From NCBI GenBank assembly GCA_964437185.1, contig CAYTFU010000001.1, positions 101,022 to 165,021 on the forward strand: a stretch of 64,000 bases of DNA. Reading direction: 5' to 3'. The translations under genes were made by a program, and so were the position numbers. Below, one piece after another: positions 9,391-18,400 of this stretch. Source of the DNA: an uncultured Candidatus Saccharibacteria bacterium (GTDB taxonomy: Bacteria > Patescibacteriota > Minisyncoccia > Phycocordibacterales > UBA2100). The stretch's first letter is position 1, and each line of letters opens with the position of its first letter. The notes beneath the pieces are model-generated. The model searched no databases. It was given only the letters and a program-made list of their open reading frames with translations, and was not told the origin of the DNA.

Positions 9391-9792
9391 TTAGAGATTA
9401 CTCTCTAGAGCCTGCTCGAAAAGCCTGCACCGCGCTTGCTTTGTCGCATGGTTCAGAATTACCCCAACGACGTCGATTTGATACTCGCGATTGTCGTGTG
9501 TAGCCTCCATGTAGAGTGCGGCTGTCCTAGCCACTTTACGGAGCTTCCGCGCATCCACGAGCTCCTCAGGCCGATAGTCGATTTCACGTGAACCATTCTG
9601 TGACATTTCACGTGAAACCGACTTCACCTCAACAAACCTAACTATTCCGGCCTTTTCAGCAATTATGTCGATCTCTCCCCAAGGCTTCCTAAAGTTGCGG
9701 CTGACGATTTTAAAGCCCTTTCCCTCGAGAAACTGGCATGCGATGCCCTCCCCTAGTTTGCCGATGCGCGCACGCTCGGTTTCCTTGCCCAT
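9391..9792 (-). CDS. yraN: YraN/UPF0102-family endonuclease
   Basis: GEGIACQFLEGKGFKIVSRNFRKPWGEIDIIAEKAGIVRFVEVK...EYQIDVVGV is the canonical UPF0102 fold. ATG at 9792. The track ORF starts at 9825. Confidence 0.8.
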   Translation of the reverse strand: MGKETERARIGKLGEGIACQFLEGKGFKIVSRNFRKPWGEIDIIAEKAGIVRFVEVKSVSREMSQNGSREIDYRPEELVDARKLRKVARTAALYMEATHDNREYQIDVVGVILNHATKQARCRLFEQALESNL

Positions 9793-10184
9793 CTGGCTAT
9801 TGTACACCGAATCGACCATCCCCACCTGTCAGGAGTTCGTACAAGACACCGATTCAGACCATGGTTCACGTGTAACCACCCTTTTATGTTACTTAAGTAA
9901 CAAAATTGGAGCTGTTACACGTGCCACCGGGAAACAACGGCGATTTGGGCCGTTCGTTACGGACAGTCCTTTATCCACATATCCACCGACTTGTCCACAG
10001 TTTCGGACATCGTTCTATGGCCTATTTGCTGTAATTTTCTGGACTTCGTTATTTTGTCCGTAAGATTGGTGCGTTTCATGTCCTTGTACATTAGATTTTA
10101 TCGAGGTTATAAGCCATAAAATCGTCTTTTACAACACATCTTTTGCTTGACTCCAAGGCCTTACATAGAATACGTTTTCCCTAT

Positions 10185-11150
10185 ATGAAGCGTCTTGCGA
10201 GCACACATTATCAATTGTTTCTGATTTCAGTTCTTGCTCTCGCTCTTTTTTCCTTGGCCACGCCCGTGCATGCGTCTACCATTGAGGTCTCCGCACAAAC
10301 TACTGCTGTGTTGCCGCCCGCTGCAAGCGGTGCAAGCTGCGCGCCAATCGCGCCAGACATGGTTACGCCGTTTATTTACGATGGAGCACTTCACTCATTT
10401 GAGTTTACAATCTCCGATCCATCGTACGTAGCACTCGTCGGCACGGTAGGGGATACGGCAATACCATTTCAGCTCATCACCAGACGGGTAAACGTTGATG
10501 GTTCTCTCAGAGTACATGTAGACATTGAAACAACGCAGATTCACGGTTCTTTGCCCTTACGAGTGACTTTGCTTTCGGCGCGCGCAGGTCAATCGGCCTG
10601 CCTCGGCGTAGTTTCGATCAACATCGTCAATCCGCCAGCACCCGAAGGCCCGTCACCGCTTTCGCAAAGCACTCCGGCGCTCGATACTCCCGCCATCACG
10701 ACAAAACCGACCGAGACAGACGTACCCACCCTACCGTCTGACGAACAAGTTGAAGAGACCGTACCTGCCGAGAGCGTGTCCGTGATCAATTCAATGCAAA
10801 ACCCGTTGCGCGATATATGCGCTTCGGAAGTGAGCGCGTACCGCACCTGGCTTATCGTGCTCGTGCTATTTACACTCCTCGTGGGCGGAGCGTTGTGGGC
10901 AGAATTTCCGATGTCGCTCCCATGGGCGCGCACGCCTGAGCGGATTGCGACGATAATCCTCACCATGTTGCTCGCCGTGCTCGCATTCTGGTATTTCTCG
11001 GTTTCTTGCCGCGCGGCTCTCTGGATGCCACTGCTTGCCTTCTTTATAGCCGTACTCGGCCTCCTTGCGGCGTTTTGGAACCATCCTCGCGTCACACAAC
11101 TTCTCCTTGTCCAGGACTCAAAGACGATCAAACTTCCGCCAGCAAAATAA
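10185..11150 (+). CDS. hypothetical secreted/membrane protein
   Basis: Signal peptide MKRLASTHYQLFLISVLALALFSLATPVHA. C-terminal TM helices. Confidence 0.5.
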   Translation: MKRLASTHYQLFLISVLALALFSLATPVHASTIEVSAQTTAVLPPAASGASCAPIAPDMVTPFIYDGALHSFEFTISDPSYVALVGTVGDTAIPFQLITRRVNVDGSLRVHVDIETTQIHGSLPLRVTLLSARAGQSACLGVVSINIVNPPAPEGPSPLSQSTPALDTPAITTKPTETDVPTLPSDEQVEETVPAESVSVINSMQNPLRDICASEVSAYRTWLIVLVLFTLLVGGALWAEFPMSLPWARTPERIATIILTMLLAVLAFWYFSVSCRAALWMPLLAFFIAVLGLLAAFWNHPRVTQLLLVQDSKTIKLPPAK

Positions 11151-11221
11151 TCGCACCGTCATTGGCTCGTTCAAGCAAGTGCTGTATAATCGCCGCACTG
11201 CTCACGACGTGAGACGGTAAA

Positions 11222-11292
11222 GCGGGTATGGTTTAGTGGTAGAACGCGTCCTTGCCAAGGACGAGAGCGGAGTTCGATTCTCCGTACCCGCA
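11222..11292 (+). tRNA. tRNA-Gly (anticodon GCC)
   Basis: Acceptor GCGGGTA/TACCCGC. Anticodon stem CGTCC/GGACG, loop TTGCCAA. T-arm CGGAG-TTCGATT-CTCCG. No encoded CCA. Confidence 0.85.
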
Positions 11293-11436
11293 CTACTTCG
11301 CTCTCGAGCGTAACTCGAGAGCTTCGAAGTGCACAGCACGACCCTTTTCCAGCTGTGAACATTGATGTATCGTGGCGAAGTAGCCCTTCGAAGTTCTTAT
11401 GAGCGTTAGCGAAACAAGAACGAAGTAGGGCATCGC

Positions 11437-11673
11437 ATGCACTACGTATATATTCTTCGGGATTCTGTTGGCCAGCTGTATGTCGGATACTCTGACAACT
11501 TGAAAAAAAGACTGCAGTATCATCTGAGGGGAGATGTTAAGACGACGCAAAAGTATCAGGGTGCAAAACTCATATGGTACTGTGCCTTCGCAAACAAAAA
11601 GAAAGCTCTCTATTTTGAAAGATACTTAAAAGCAGGTTCCGGACATGCCTTTGCGAGAAAACACCTTGTATAA
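11437..11673 (+). CDS. GIY-YIG nuclease family protein (UPF0213/YhbQ-like)
   Basis: 78 aa. VYILRDSVGQLYVGYSDNLKKRLQYH is the GIY-YIG core. Confidence 0.8.
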   Translation: MHYVYILRDSVGQLYVGYSDNLKKRLQYHLRGDVKTTQKYQGAKLIWYCAFANKKKALYFERYLKAGSGHAFARKHLV

Positions 11674-11724
11674 AGCCTTATCGTATCAGGACCTATCCAC
11701 AGGGAGAACCGCTTGACCTTAACC

Positions 11725-11749
11725 ATGTGCTCCCGCCAGGATTCGAACC
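11725..11749. repeat. 25-bp direct repeat of the tRNA-Arg 3' half (T-arm plus acceptor); att-like
   Basis: tgtgctcccgccaggattcgaacct is identical at 11725-11749 and 11876-11900, the latter inside the tRNA-Arg gene. Confidence 0.85.
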
Positions 11750-11877
11750 TTACAGGTTCAGTACACCTTTGCGGTTTTCTCACAGCTCCGCCGCTCGCAA
11801 ACATCGCAAAGGTCTTCGAATCACTGGTCGCACGCAAAGCAGTTTGCGTGCTCGGGAGCACACATGCTTCGCTTGTG

Positions 11878-11949
11878 TGCTCCCGCCAGGATTCGAACCT
11901 GGAACGACAGTTCCGAAGACTGTTGTGATATCCGTTTCACCACGGGAGC
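11878..11949 (-). tRNA. tRNA-Arg (anticodon TCG)
   Basis: Acceptor GCTCCCG/CGGGAGC. D-arm GTGA-AACGGATA-TCAC. Anticodon stem ACAGT/ACTGT, loop CTTCGGA. T-arm CCAGG-TTCGAAT-CCTGG. 72 nt, no CCA. Confidence 0.8.
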
Positions 11950-11971
11950 GTAGGGCATATAATGCACTAAA

Positions 11972-13447
11972 ATGGCCGATATGGAAACACGATTAAACAT
12001 TCCGGAAGAAGCAGGCAATCTTTGCAAGGCACTCAAAGATGCGGGGTTCGAGGCGTATTTAGTGGGCGGCTGCGTGCGCGATTCGCTCCTCAATCGAGAG
12101 CCGAAAGATTGGGACATCACAACCAACGCCACACCAGAAGAAATTCAAAAGCTTTTCTCCGACACTTTTTACGAAAACGATTACGGTACGGTCGGCGTGG
12201 TTACGCAATCTGAAAACCCGCGACTCAAGGTGATTGAGATTACCCCGTACCGCACCGAGGGGAAGTACACGAACGCACGTCACCCTGATTCTGTGGCTTT
12301 TAGCGACACTCTTTCTGAGGATCTGAAGAGGCGCGACTTCACCATCAATGCGATTGCGTACGACCCGATTACGCACACCCTTGTTGATGAACACGGGGGA
12401 AGGGAAGATCTGCTCTCTCGACGCATTAAGACAGTCGGGAACCCCTCAGAGAGATTCGGCGAGGACGCGCTACGTATGCTTCGTGCAGTGCGCCTCTCTG
12501 CAGAGCTCGATTTCGTGATAGATGCAGAAACTGCACAGGGAATCGTGACAAAAGCTGATCAACTCCAAAAAATATCACGCGAACGCGTGCGCGACGAGCT
12601 TATCCGCGTTCTTGAGAGTGACCGCCCGATGCAGGCCCTCTACGTTGCCCAAAAACTCGGCCTCGTGAAACACATCATCCCCGAGCTCGAGGAGGGGATC
12701 GGATGCGCGCAAAACCAGGCGCACTCCTTCGATGTATTTGAGCACCTCATGCGCGCGCTTCAATATGCGGCAGATCAGAAATGGTCACTCGACGTGCGTC
12801 TTGCTGCGCTCCTCCACGACGTAGGCAAGCCAGCGACCCGCCTGTGGTCGGATGAGAAAAAAGACTGGACATTCCATGGACACGACGTCGTGAGCGCAAA
12901 GATGGCCAAACGAATTCTCACTGATTTGCGTTTTCCCAAAGAAACGATCGAAAAAGTTTCCAAGCTCGTGAGGCTTCACATGTTTTTCTCCGACCCCGAC
13001 CAAATCACCCTCTCCGCAGTCCGTCGCGTGATATCAAAGGTTGGTACGGAACATATTACCGATCTCCTCAATCTCCGCGTATGCGATCGCATCGGAACCG
13101 GCCGTCCAAAAGCGCATCCCTTCCGCCTACGAAAGTATATGTCGATGATCGACGAAGCTATGCGAGACCCCGTGTCGGTGGCAATGCTCAAAATAGACGG
13201 CTCAAAATTGATAGAAATTGGGGAAAAGCCGAGCCCCCGCATCGGATGGATATTGCACGCACTCCTCGAAGAAGTGCTCGATGAGCCTGCAAAAAACACC
13301 GAAGAATACTTGCGCGAACGGACCGAACAGCTTATGAAATTGACTGAGGAAGAGTTACGCGCCTTGGGAGAAGCGGGAAAGGATCGTAAGGAGGGAGAGG
13401 ACGAGGCGGCGGTGCAGGAACTGCGGAAAAAACACCGCGTGAGCTAA
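11972..13447 (+). CDS. cca: CCA-adding enzyme (tRNA nucleotidyltransferase) with HD domain
   Basis: Pol-beta NTase head GGCVRDSLL...DWDITT. HD domain LLHDVGKP. This fits the absence of encoded CCA on all three tRNAs. Confidence 0.9.
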   Translation: MADMETRLNIPEEAGNLCKALKDAGFEAYLVGGCVRDSLLNREPKDWDITTNATPEEIQKLFSDTFYENDYGTVGVVTQSENPRLKVIEITPYRTEGKYTNARHPDSVAFSDTLSEDLKRRDFTINAIAYDPITHTLVDEHGGREDLLSRRIKTVGNPSERFGEDALRMLRAVRLSAELDFVIDAETAQGIVTKADQLQKISRERVRDELIRVLESDRPMQALYVAQKLGLVKHIIPELEEGIGCAQNQAHSFDVFEHLMRALQYAADQKWSLDVRLAALLHDVGKPATRLWSDEKKDWTFHGHDVVSAKMAKRILTDLRFPKETIEKVSKLVRLHMFFSDPDQITLSAVRRVISKVGTEHITDLLNLRVCDRIGTGRPKAHPFRLRKYMSMIDEAMRDPVSVAMLKIDGSKLIEIGEKPSPRIGWILHALLEEVLDEPAKNTEEYLRERTEQLMKLTEEELRALGEAGKDRKEGEDEAAVQELRKKHRVS

Positions 13448-13570
13448 CCCTGCTTCGCTGCAAACCCCATTAGAGAATGGGGCCTTGCGACAAATAGCAT
13501 GATTCATGAAAGACGATCTACAAACGCGGAGTAAAATGTTCTCTCGGATTCTCTAACGGGGCAAGAGAAA

Positions 13571-13640
13571 ATGCCGCCTCACCTGGCGACCCTTTTTCTA
13601 TTTTAGGTCGCCGCCGTGAAGCGGCATTTGTGTTTGTCTC
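13571..13640. terminator. long imperfect hairpin plus T-tract between the convergent cca and xth
   Basis: atgccgcctcacctggcgacc...ggtcgccgccgtgaagcggcat followed by ttgtgtttgtctc. A T-rich tract also lies on the opposite side. Confidence 0.5.
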
Positions 13641-13907
13641 CGTGCTTCTAAAAGCTACTTGAGATAATGATTTTCGGTACGTTTGCATTCAATCGATCGC
13701 AGAGGCGACCGTTATATTTTTATGCGAGAGTACCTAGTATCGTTATTTACTCGTTTACTTTTTGCGCAACGAGAGACGGAAAGAACATTCAGGAACTCTA
13801 TTGAGTTCCTACAAGCAATAATATCCTCATATCGGACAGTGTAAAGGACATCCATGTGGATAACCTTTGTCCTTTATATCGGACATCCTGACACGTCCAA
13901 TATGTGG

Positions 13908-14705
13908 CTACAAATCAATATCGAGCAAGATGGGGCAGTGATCCGAGCCAAGTACTTGAGGGTATATTCGGGCGGCCTTCACCTGAGATTTGAGCGCTTC
14001 ACTGACAAAAAAATAGTCGATACGCCATCCGACATTGCGCTCGCGCGCATTGCCGAAGTTACTCCACCACGTATAGTGCCCGTTGCCTTGCGTGAAAATT
14101 CTGAACGTATCAACAAAACCCTCCTCGACAATTACATCAATTCCGCCACGCTCTTCCTTTGTAAATCCATGATCGCCTTCATTCTCCTTCGGCTTGGCCA
14201 AGTCATCGGGAGTATGGGCGACATTGAGGTCCCCGCAGAAAATCACGGGTTTCCGCTTTTCGAGCTGTTTCACAAATGCAAAAAATGCAGGGTCCCAGTG
14301 CTTGTGGCGGAGTGTAAGGCGGCTAAGATCGGGTTTCGCGTTGGGAGTGTAGACATTGACCACAAAAACGGATTCATATTCCGCCGTAACGACCCGCCCC
14401 TCCTCATTGGGGTCGCCATACCCATCCTTGAGTTTGTATTTAGTGAGAATATCCTCCGGAAAACCGAAAATAAGGCTCAGAGGCTTGGTTTTTGAGAAAA
14501 TCGCGGTGCCCGCATACCCTCTCCGGCCCTTAGAAGAGTTCCAATATTCATCATACTCGGGCAAATCAACCTCCGACTGATGCTCCTCTGCCTTCGTCTC
14601 TTGGAAGCAGGCAATATCTGGCCTGACCTTTTCGAGAAAGGGGACAAGAGCATTTTTCCGATGGATACTGCGAATGCCGTTTACATTCCACGACACGAGT
14701 TTCAT
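13908..14705 (-). CDS. xth: exodeoxyribonuclease III (AP endonuclease)
   Basis: MKLVSWNVNGIRS...CFQETK...GDLNVAHTPDD...SDHCP are the EEP-family motifs. Confidence 0.9.
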   Translation of the reverse strand: MKLVSWNVNGIRSIHRKNALVPFLEKVRPDIACFQETKAEEHQSEVDLPEYDEYWNSSKGRRGYAGTAIFSKTKPLSLIFGFPEDILTKYKLKDGYGDPNEEGRVVTAEYESVFVVNVYTPNAKPDLSRLTLRHKHWDPAFFAFVKQLEKRKPVIFCGDLNVAHTPDDLAKPKENEGDHGFTKEERGGIDVIVEEGFVDTFRIFTQGNGHYTWWSNFGNARERNVGWRIDYFFVSEALKSQVKAARIYPQVLGSDHCPILLDIDL

Positions 14706-14723
14706 GCGAGCATCCTAGCACGA

Positions 14724-15659
14724 CTACTTCCTTCGTTTCCCGTGGAACGCCTGATGTACCGACCGAAGGTGCTTGTCGGTGACGTGCGTGTAGACTTGCG
14801 TTGTCGCAATGTTGGCGTGACCCAAGAGCGCCTGCACACTTCGAAGATCCGCGCCATTTTCCAGAAGGTCGGTCGCGAAGCTGTGACGAATTACATGGGG
14901 AGTCACCTTGCGGGTGATGCCAGCCTTGATTGCATACTGTTTCACAAGCCGCTCGACTGATCGAGGTGTAATCCGGTGCAGATCTTGATTGCCACCTTTC
15001 TTGCCCTGCGAAGCTTTGGCGAAGGAGGGGCCGTACGACACAAAGAGCGCGTCGCTCATGTCGCCGCGTTTCTTAATATACGCCGCGACGGCAGCCTTCG
15101 CAGAAGGGGAGAGGAAGACGACACGCACCTTCTCACCCTTACCCCGGACAGAAAACTCATCTCGCGATAGGTCTAAGTCGTGATTCAGACCGCACAGCTC
15201 AGAGACACGGAGGCCCGTGGAGAAGAAAAGCTCAAGAATTGCGCGATCACGCAGGGCTGGGAGCTCCTCACCCTGCGGCGCCTTCAGTATCCTGTTTAAC
15301 TCATCGGCAGTAATGAGGTCGAGATCTCGTCCTCCTACTTTGGCGAGCTCTATGCGCTCAGGGTTCAAAGACTCTATGTCTCGCTTGCGCAAGAATTTGA
15401 GAAACGCGCGCAATGCGATGAGGTGGTAATTCTGCGTATTTTTCTTCATTGTGCCCGACACACCGCCCGATCTATTGAGCGTAATGCGAAACTCCCGGAC
15501 CTTCTGCTCGGTAATCTGAGTAGGGGAGCTCACCTTTGCAAAGTTCAAAAATCGCATGAGGTACCGATCGTAATTCTCAACCGTCTTCACCCCGCGCCCT
15601 TTCTCAATCTCAATGTATTCCAAAAATTGCGTCTTGAGCGACTTCAAATCTGCAGCCAT
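14724..15659 (-). CDS. tyrosine site-specific recombinase, XerC/XerD family
   Basis: N-terminal SAM-like domain. C-terminal catalytic R...HVIRHSFAT...LLGH...TQVYTHV. Confidence 0.85.
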   Translation of the reverse strand: MAADLKSLKTQFLEYIEIEKGRGVKTVENYDRYLMRFLNFAKVSSPTQITEQKVREFRITLNRSGGVSGTMKKNTQNYHLIALRAFLKFLRKRDIESLNPERIELAKVGGRDLDLITADELNRILKAPQGEELPALRDRAILELFFSTGLRVSELCGLNHDLDLSRDEFSVRGKGEKVRVVFLSPSAKAAVAAYIKKRGDMSDALFVSYGPSFAKASQGKKGGNQDLHRITPRSVERLVKQYAIKAGITRKVTPHVIRHSFATDLLENGADLRSVQALLGHANIATTQVYTHVTDKHLRSVHQAFHGKRRK

Positions 15660-15777
15660 GCCCCCATTCTACCAACAAACATTGTGCGACGAATTCGTTT
15701 GCGCTGCCACAAAGTTTATGGTTTCATATTGCACAACACAAGGTCGCTGCGATTTTGTGTAGAATAGGGAGCTCAAG

Positions 15778-16023
15778 ATGGCCGACCCGATCGACATCTA
15801 CGAGGGGCTTAGCGTGCAAAAAGGCAACATGCCGACTCGCCCCAACGACTACTACGGATGCGTGCTGCCGAGTCTCTACAGAAAAGGTGACGACCCCAAA
15901 AGGAGTGCGGCCTTCAGGGATCGAGCCCTTGCCTACTTCGGCCCTGGAGGATTCCTCGAAAAACAAGGGGTCATGATTGATCGACGCGATCCGACCGTAT
16001 CCGACGATACATTCGCCCGATAA
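15778..16023 (+). CDS. hypothetical small protein
   Basis: 81 aa. AGGGAG-like RBS. Followed immediately by a strong terminator, which supports a real transcription unit. Confidence 0.45.
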   Translation: MADPIDIYEGLSVQKGNMPTRPNDYYGCVLPSLYRKGDDPKRSAAFRDRALAYFGPGGFLEKQGVMIDRRDPTVSDDTFAR

Positions 16024-16049
16024 CTACGCAGCTCCAGCTGCGCCACCTC

Positions 16050-16083
16050 GAAGACGGCAAACTCAGCCGTCTTCATTTTTTCA
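16050..16083 (+). terminator. rho-independent terminator
   Basis: gaagacggc-aaactca-gccgtcttc followed by atttttttc. Confidence 0.75.
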
Positions 16084-17304
16084 TGTGTCCTTTAAATACT
16101 TTTTCTTTTTTATCTTTTCTGGAAGAAACGATTCTGTGTCGCTTGTCCCGAGTTTATTCGAGGGATACATTTCATACCCTTTTCCATAGTCCAACCCTTT
16201 CATTAGTTTCGTCGGGGCGTTGCGGAGTTTGAGGGGAATGGGGAGGTTGCCGAATTTTTTGACGTCGTCGAGTGCAGCAAAGATTGCGTCGTAGGCGCGA
16301 CGATCTTTCTTACATTGCGCGAGGTAGGCTGCCCCGTGCGCGAGATTGATGGTCGCTTCGGGATAGCCGATTTTGCTCACTGCATCAAACACTGCGTTTG
16401 CGACCACGAGCGCGGTCGGCTGTGCGAGGCCTATGTCTTCGCTCGCAAAAATAACCATACGCCGCGCGATAAATTTGGGATCCTCACCCGCTTCCACCAT
16501 GCGCGCCAAGTAGTAGAGCGCGGCGTCGGGCTGCGAAGCGCGCAAAGATTTAATAAACGCGCTCACGGTGTTGTAGTGCTCCTCGCCCTTCTTGTCATAC
16601 CGAATGTGTCGCGATTGGGCCACCTCTTTCAGATTCTCGAGGGTGATCTTTCCGTAGAGACTCTGCGTAGTCTCGAGTGTTGTGATCGCCTGGCGCGCAT
16701 CTCCGCCAGCCATGCGAAAAATCCAATCACGTGCCGTCTTCGGCAATTTTATTTTCGTCCGCGCCAAAATTTTTTCCATCTCCGTCTCTGTGTGTTCGTT
16801 GAGCACAAACACGCGACACCGAGAGAGGAGCGGAGCGATGATCTCAAAACTCGGGTTCTCCGTGGTCGCTCCAATGAATGTAATGTCGCCGCGCTCGACA
16901 AATGGTAGGAGAAAATCTTGTTGTGCTTTATTAAAACGGTGAATCTCGTCGACGAAAAGTATTTTCGGCTTTCGCGTGAGGAGCGTTCCGCGAGTTCCGA
17001 CGACCTTCTTGATATCCTCCTTTCCTGAATCCACGGCGGATAATTCGTAAAACTCCGCGCCGATAGCATTCGCGTAAATTCGCGCGAGCGTCGTCTTCCC
17101 CGAACCGGGAGGCCCCCACAGGATGAAGGAGAAGAGCTCGTTCTTTTCTATCGCGACACGGAGTGGTTTCCCCGGACCCGTCAAATGCTCCTGCCCCACG
17201 AATTCGTCGAGCTTCTTCGGCCTTATCCTTGAGGCGAGAGGCTCTCGGTTTCCATCACGAACGTGCGAGGGATAGGAAACCGCAGTGCCTTTGAGGTGTT
17301 CCAT
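16081..17304 (-). CDS. rarA: replication-associated recombination protein A (AAA+ ATPase)
   Basis: Walker A GPPGSGKTTLAR. Walker B ILFVDEIHRFNKAQQD. MgsA C-terminal helical domain. Confidence 0.9.
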   Translation of the reverse strand: MEHLKGTAVSYPSHVRDGNREPLASRIRPKKLDEFVGQEHLTGPGKPLRVAIEKNELFSFILWGPPGSGKTTLARIYANAIGAEFYELSAVDSGKEDIKKVVGTRGTLLTRKPKILFVDEIHRFNKAQQDFLLPFVERGDITFIGATTENPSFEIIAPLLSRCRVFVLNEHTETEMEKILARTKIKLPKTARDWIFRMAGGDARQAITTLETTQSLYGKITLENLKEVAQSRHIRYDKKGEEHYNTVSAFIKSLRASQPDAALYYLARMVEAGEDPKFIARRMVIFASEDIGLAQPTALVVANAVFDAVSKIGYPEATINLAHGAAYLAQCKKDRRAYDAIFAALDDVKKFGNLPIPLKLRNAPTKLMKGLDYGKGYEMYPSNKLGTSDTESFLPEKIKKKKYLKDT

Positions 17305-17386
17305 ACGCCCATTCTACGCCCAACCGTACTTTATACACACACCCCTCATCTTGCGCATCTGTTTTTTTGCGATATCGTGTCGATAT

Positions 17387-17914
17387 ATGAATATACAAAC
17401 TATCATTATTGGTATCGTCGTTATTATTGTTATCGCTGTTGGTGGGTACGGAATTTATAGTTCTAAGTCTGCTCCTGCCGCTCCGGCAGATGCCCCCACG
17501 GACCAAGCAGCTAATACCCAGCCCGCAGCGGGCGGCGCAGATCAGGTACAAGGTCAGGATGTGAAGGTCGGTACGGGCCGAGAAGCAAAGCCGGGTGACA
17601 CCGTTTCGGTGCTCTACGTCGGTAAATTCTCCGATGGCACCGTTTTCGACAGCTCAGCAGCACATGGCGGCGAGCCGCTCACGTTTGTCTTGGGTTCAAA
17701 TGGCCTCATCCCTGGCTTCCAGGTAGGCATCAACACCATGAAGGAAGGCGGTCAGAGACTGCTCTCGATCCCACCGTCTCTCGGATATGGAGCTGAGGAC
17801 GTCAAAGATCCCTCCGGTAAGGTGATCATACCTGCAAATTCGACCCTTATTTTCGAAATCGAGCTTGTGAAGGTCGCCGACACTCCGGCAGCACCCGCCT
17901 CAGAGACACCGTAA
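17387..17914 (+). CDS. FKBP-type peptidyl-prolyl cis-trans isomerase with N-terminal membrane anchor
   Basis: ATG at 17387 (MNIQTIIIGIVV...). FKBP domain VSVLYVGKFSDGTVFDSS...LTFVLGSNGLIPGFQVGINTMKEGG...IPPSLGYG...IPANSTLIFEIELV. Confidence 0.85.
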   Translation: MNIQTIIIGIVVIIVIAVGGYGIYSSKSAPAAPADAPTDQAANTQPAAGGADQVQGQDVKVGTGREAKPGDTVSVLYVGKFSDGTVFDSSAAHGGEPLTFVLGSNGLIPGFQVGINTMKEGGQRLLSIPPSLGYGAEDVKDPSGKVIIPANSTLIFEIELVKVADTPAAPASETP

Positions 17915-17936
17915 TCCGTCGCTCTAAACATGGGCC

Positions 17937-17985
17937 CCAAAGGGTGGCAAACCGCCCTTGGGGCCCTTTGTATTTGCATAATCGG
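17937..17985 (+). terminator. hairpin terminator after the FKBP gene
   Basis: gggcccca...tggggccc stem followed by tttgtatttg. Confidence 0.6.
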
Positions 17986-18008
17986 CTCAAATGTGATACT
18001 GTTGTTCA

Positions 18009-18275
18009 ATGCTTACGAAGCGAAAGAAGGCCAATGAGATCACTAAGTCGCGCCGCCACGACACCGATACGGGGTCTCCGGAGGTACAGGTGACGCTCCT
18101 GACGCGCCGAATTGAGGAGCTTTCTGCTCATTTGGACAAGAATCGCAAGGACAAACACGGCCGACGAGGTCTTTTGGGGCTCGTTGCCGACCGCCGCAAG
18201 CATTTGAAGTACTTGGAAGCCAACAATAAGCGCTCGTACGGTACTTTGATCAAAAAGCTGGGTCTCAAGAAGTAA
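18009..18275 (+). CDS. rpsO: 30S ribosomal protein S15
   Basis: 88 aa. GSPEVQVTLLTRRIEELSAHL...HGRRGLLGLVADRRKHLKYL. Confidence 0.95.
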   Translation: MLTKRKKANEITKSRRHDTDTGSPEVQVTLLTRRIEELSAHLDKNRKDKHGRRGLLGLVADRRKHLKYLEANNKRSYGTLIKKLGLKK

Positions 18276-18400
18276 TACTCGGGCGATCCGCTCGGTTTGT
18301 GGTTATTTCTTCCAAGTGAGTGTGGTATATTCTGTGTAGAGAATATTTTTATATGATTTTCACTAGCGGCTACACCCCCTAGTGACTAAGAACTTATTGT

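Noticed and set aside
11171-11362. 63-aa minus-strand ORF overlapping tRNA-Gly
   Set aside because: Antisense to a well-formed tRNA, so it is spurious.
11725-11860. Possible second tRNA-Arg copy with an intron on the minus strand, sharing the 3' end CCTGGCGGGAGCA and a 5' GCTCCCG
   Set aside because: It would be about 134 nt, it has no D-arm and its T-stem is imperfect (TAAGG/CCTGG). The interval folds as unrelated hairpins. It is better explained as a duplicated tRNA 3' end (att-like repeat) plus an adjacent inverted sequence.
13854-14495. 213-aa plus-strand ORF
   Set aside because: It lies entirely antisense to the clearly recognisable xth gene and has no motifs. It is a GC-skew artefact.
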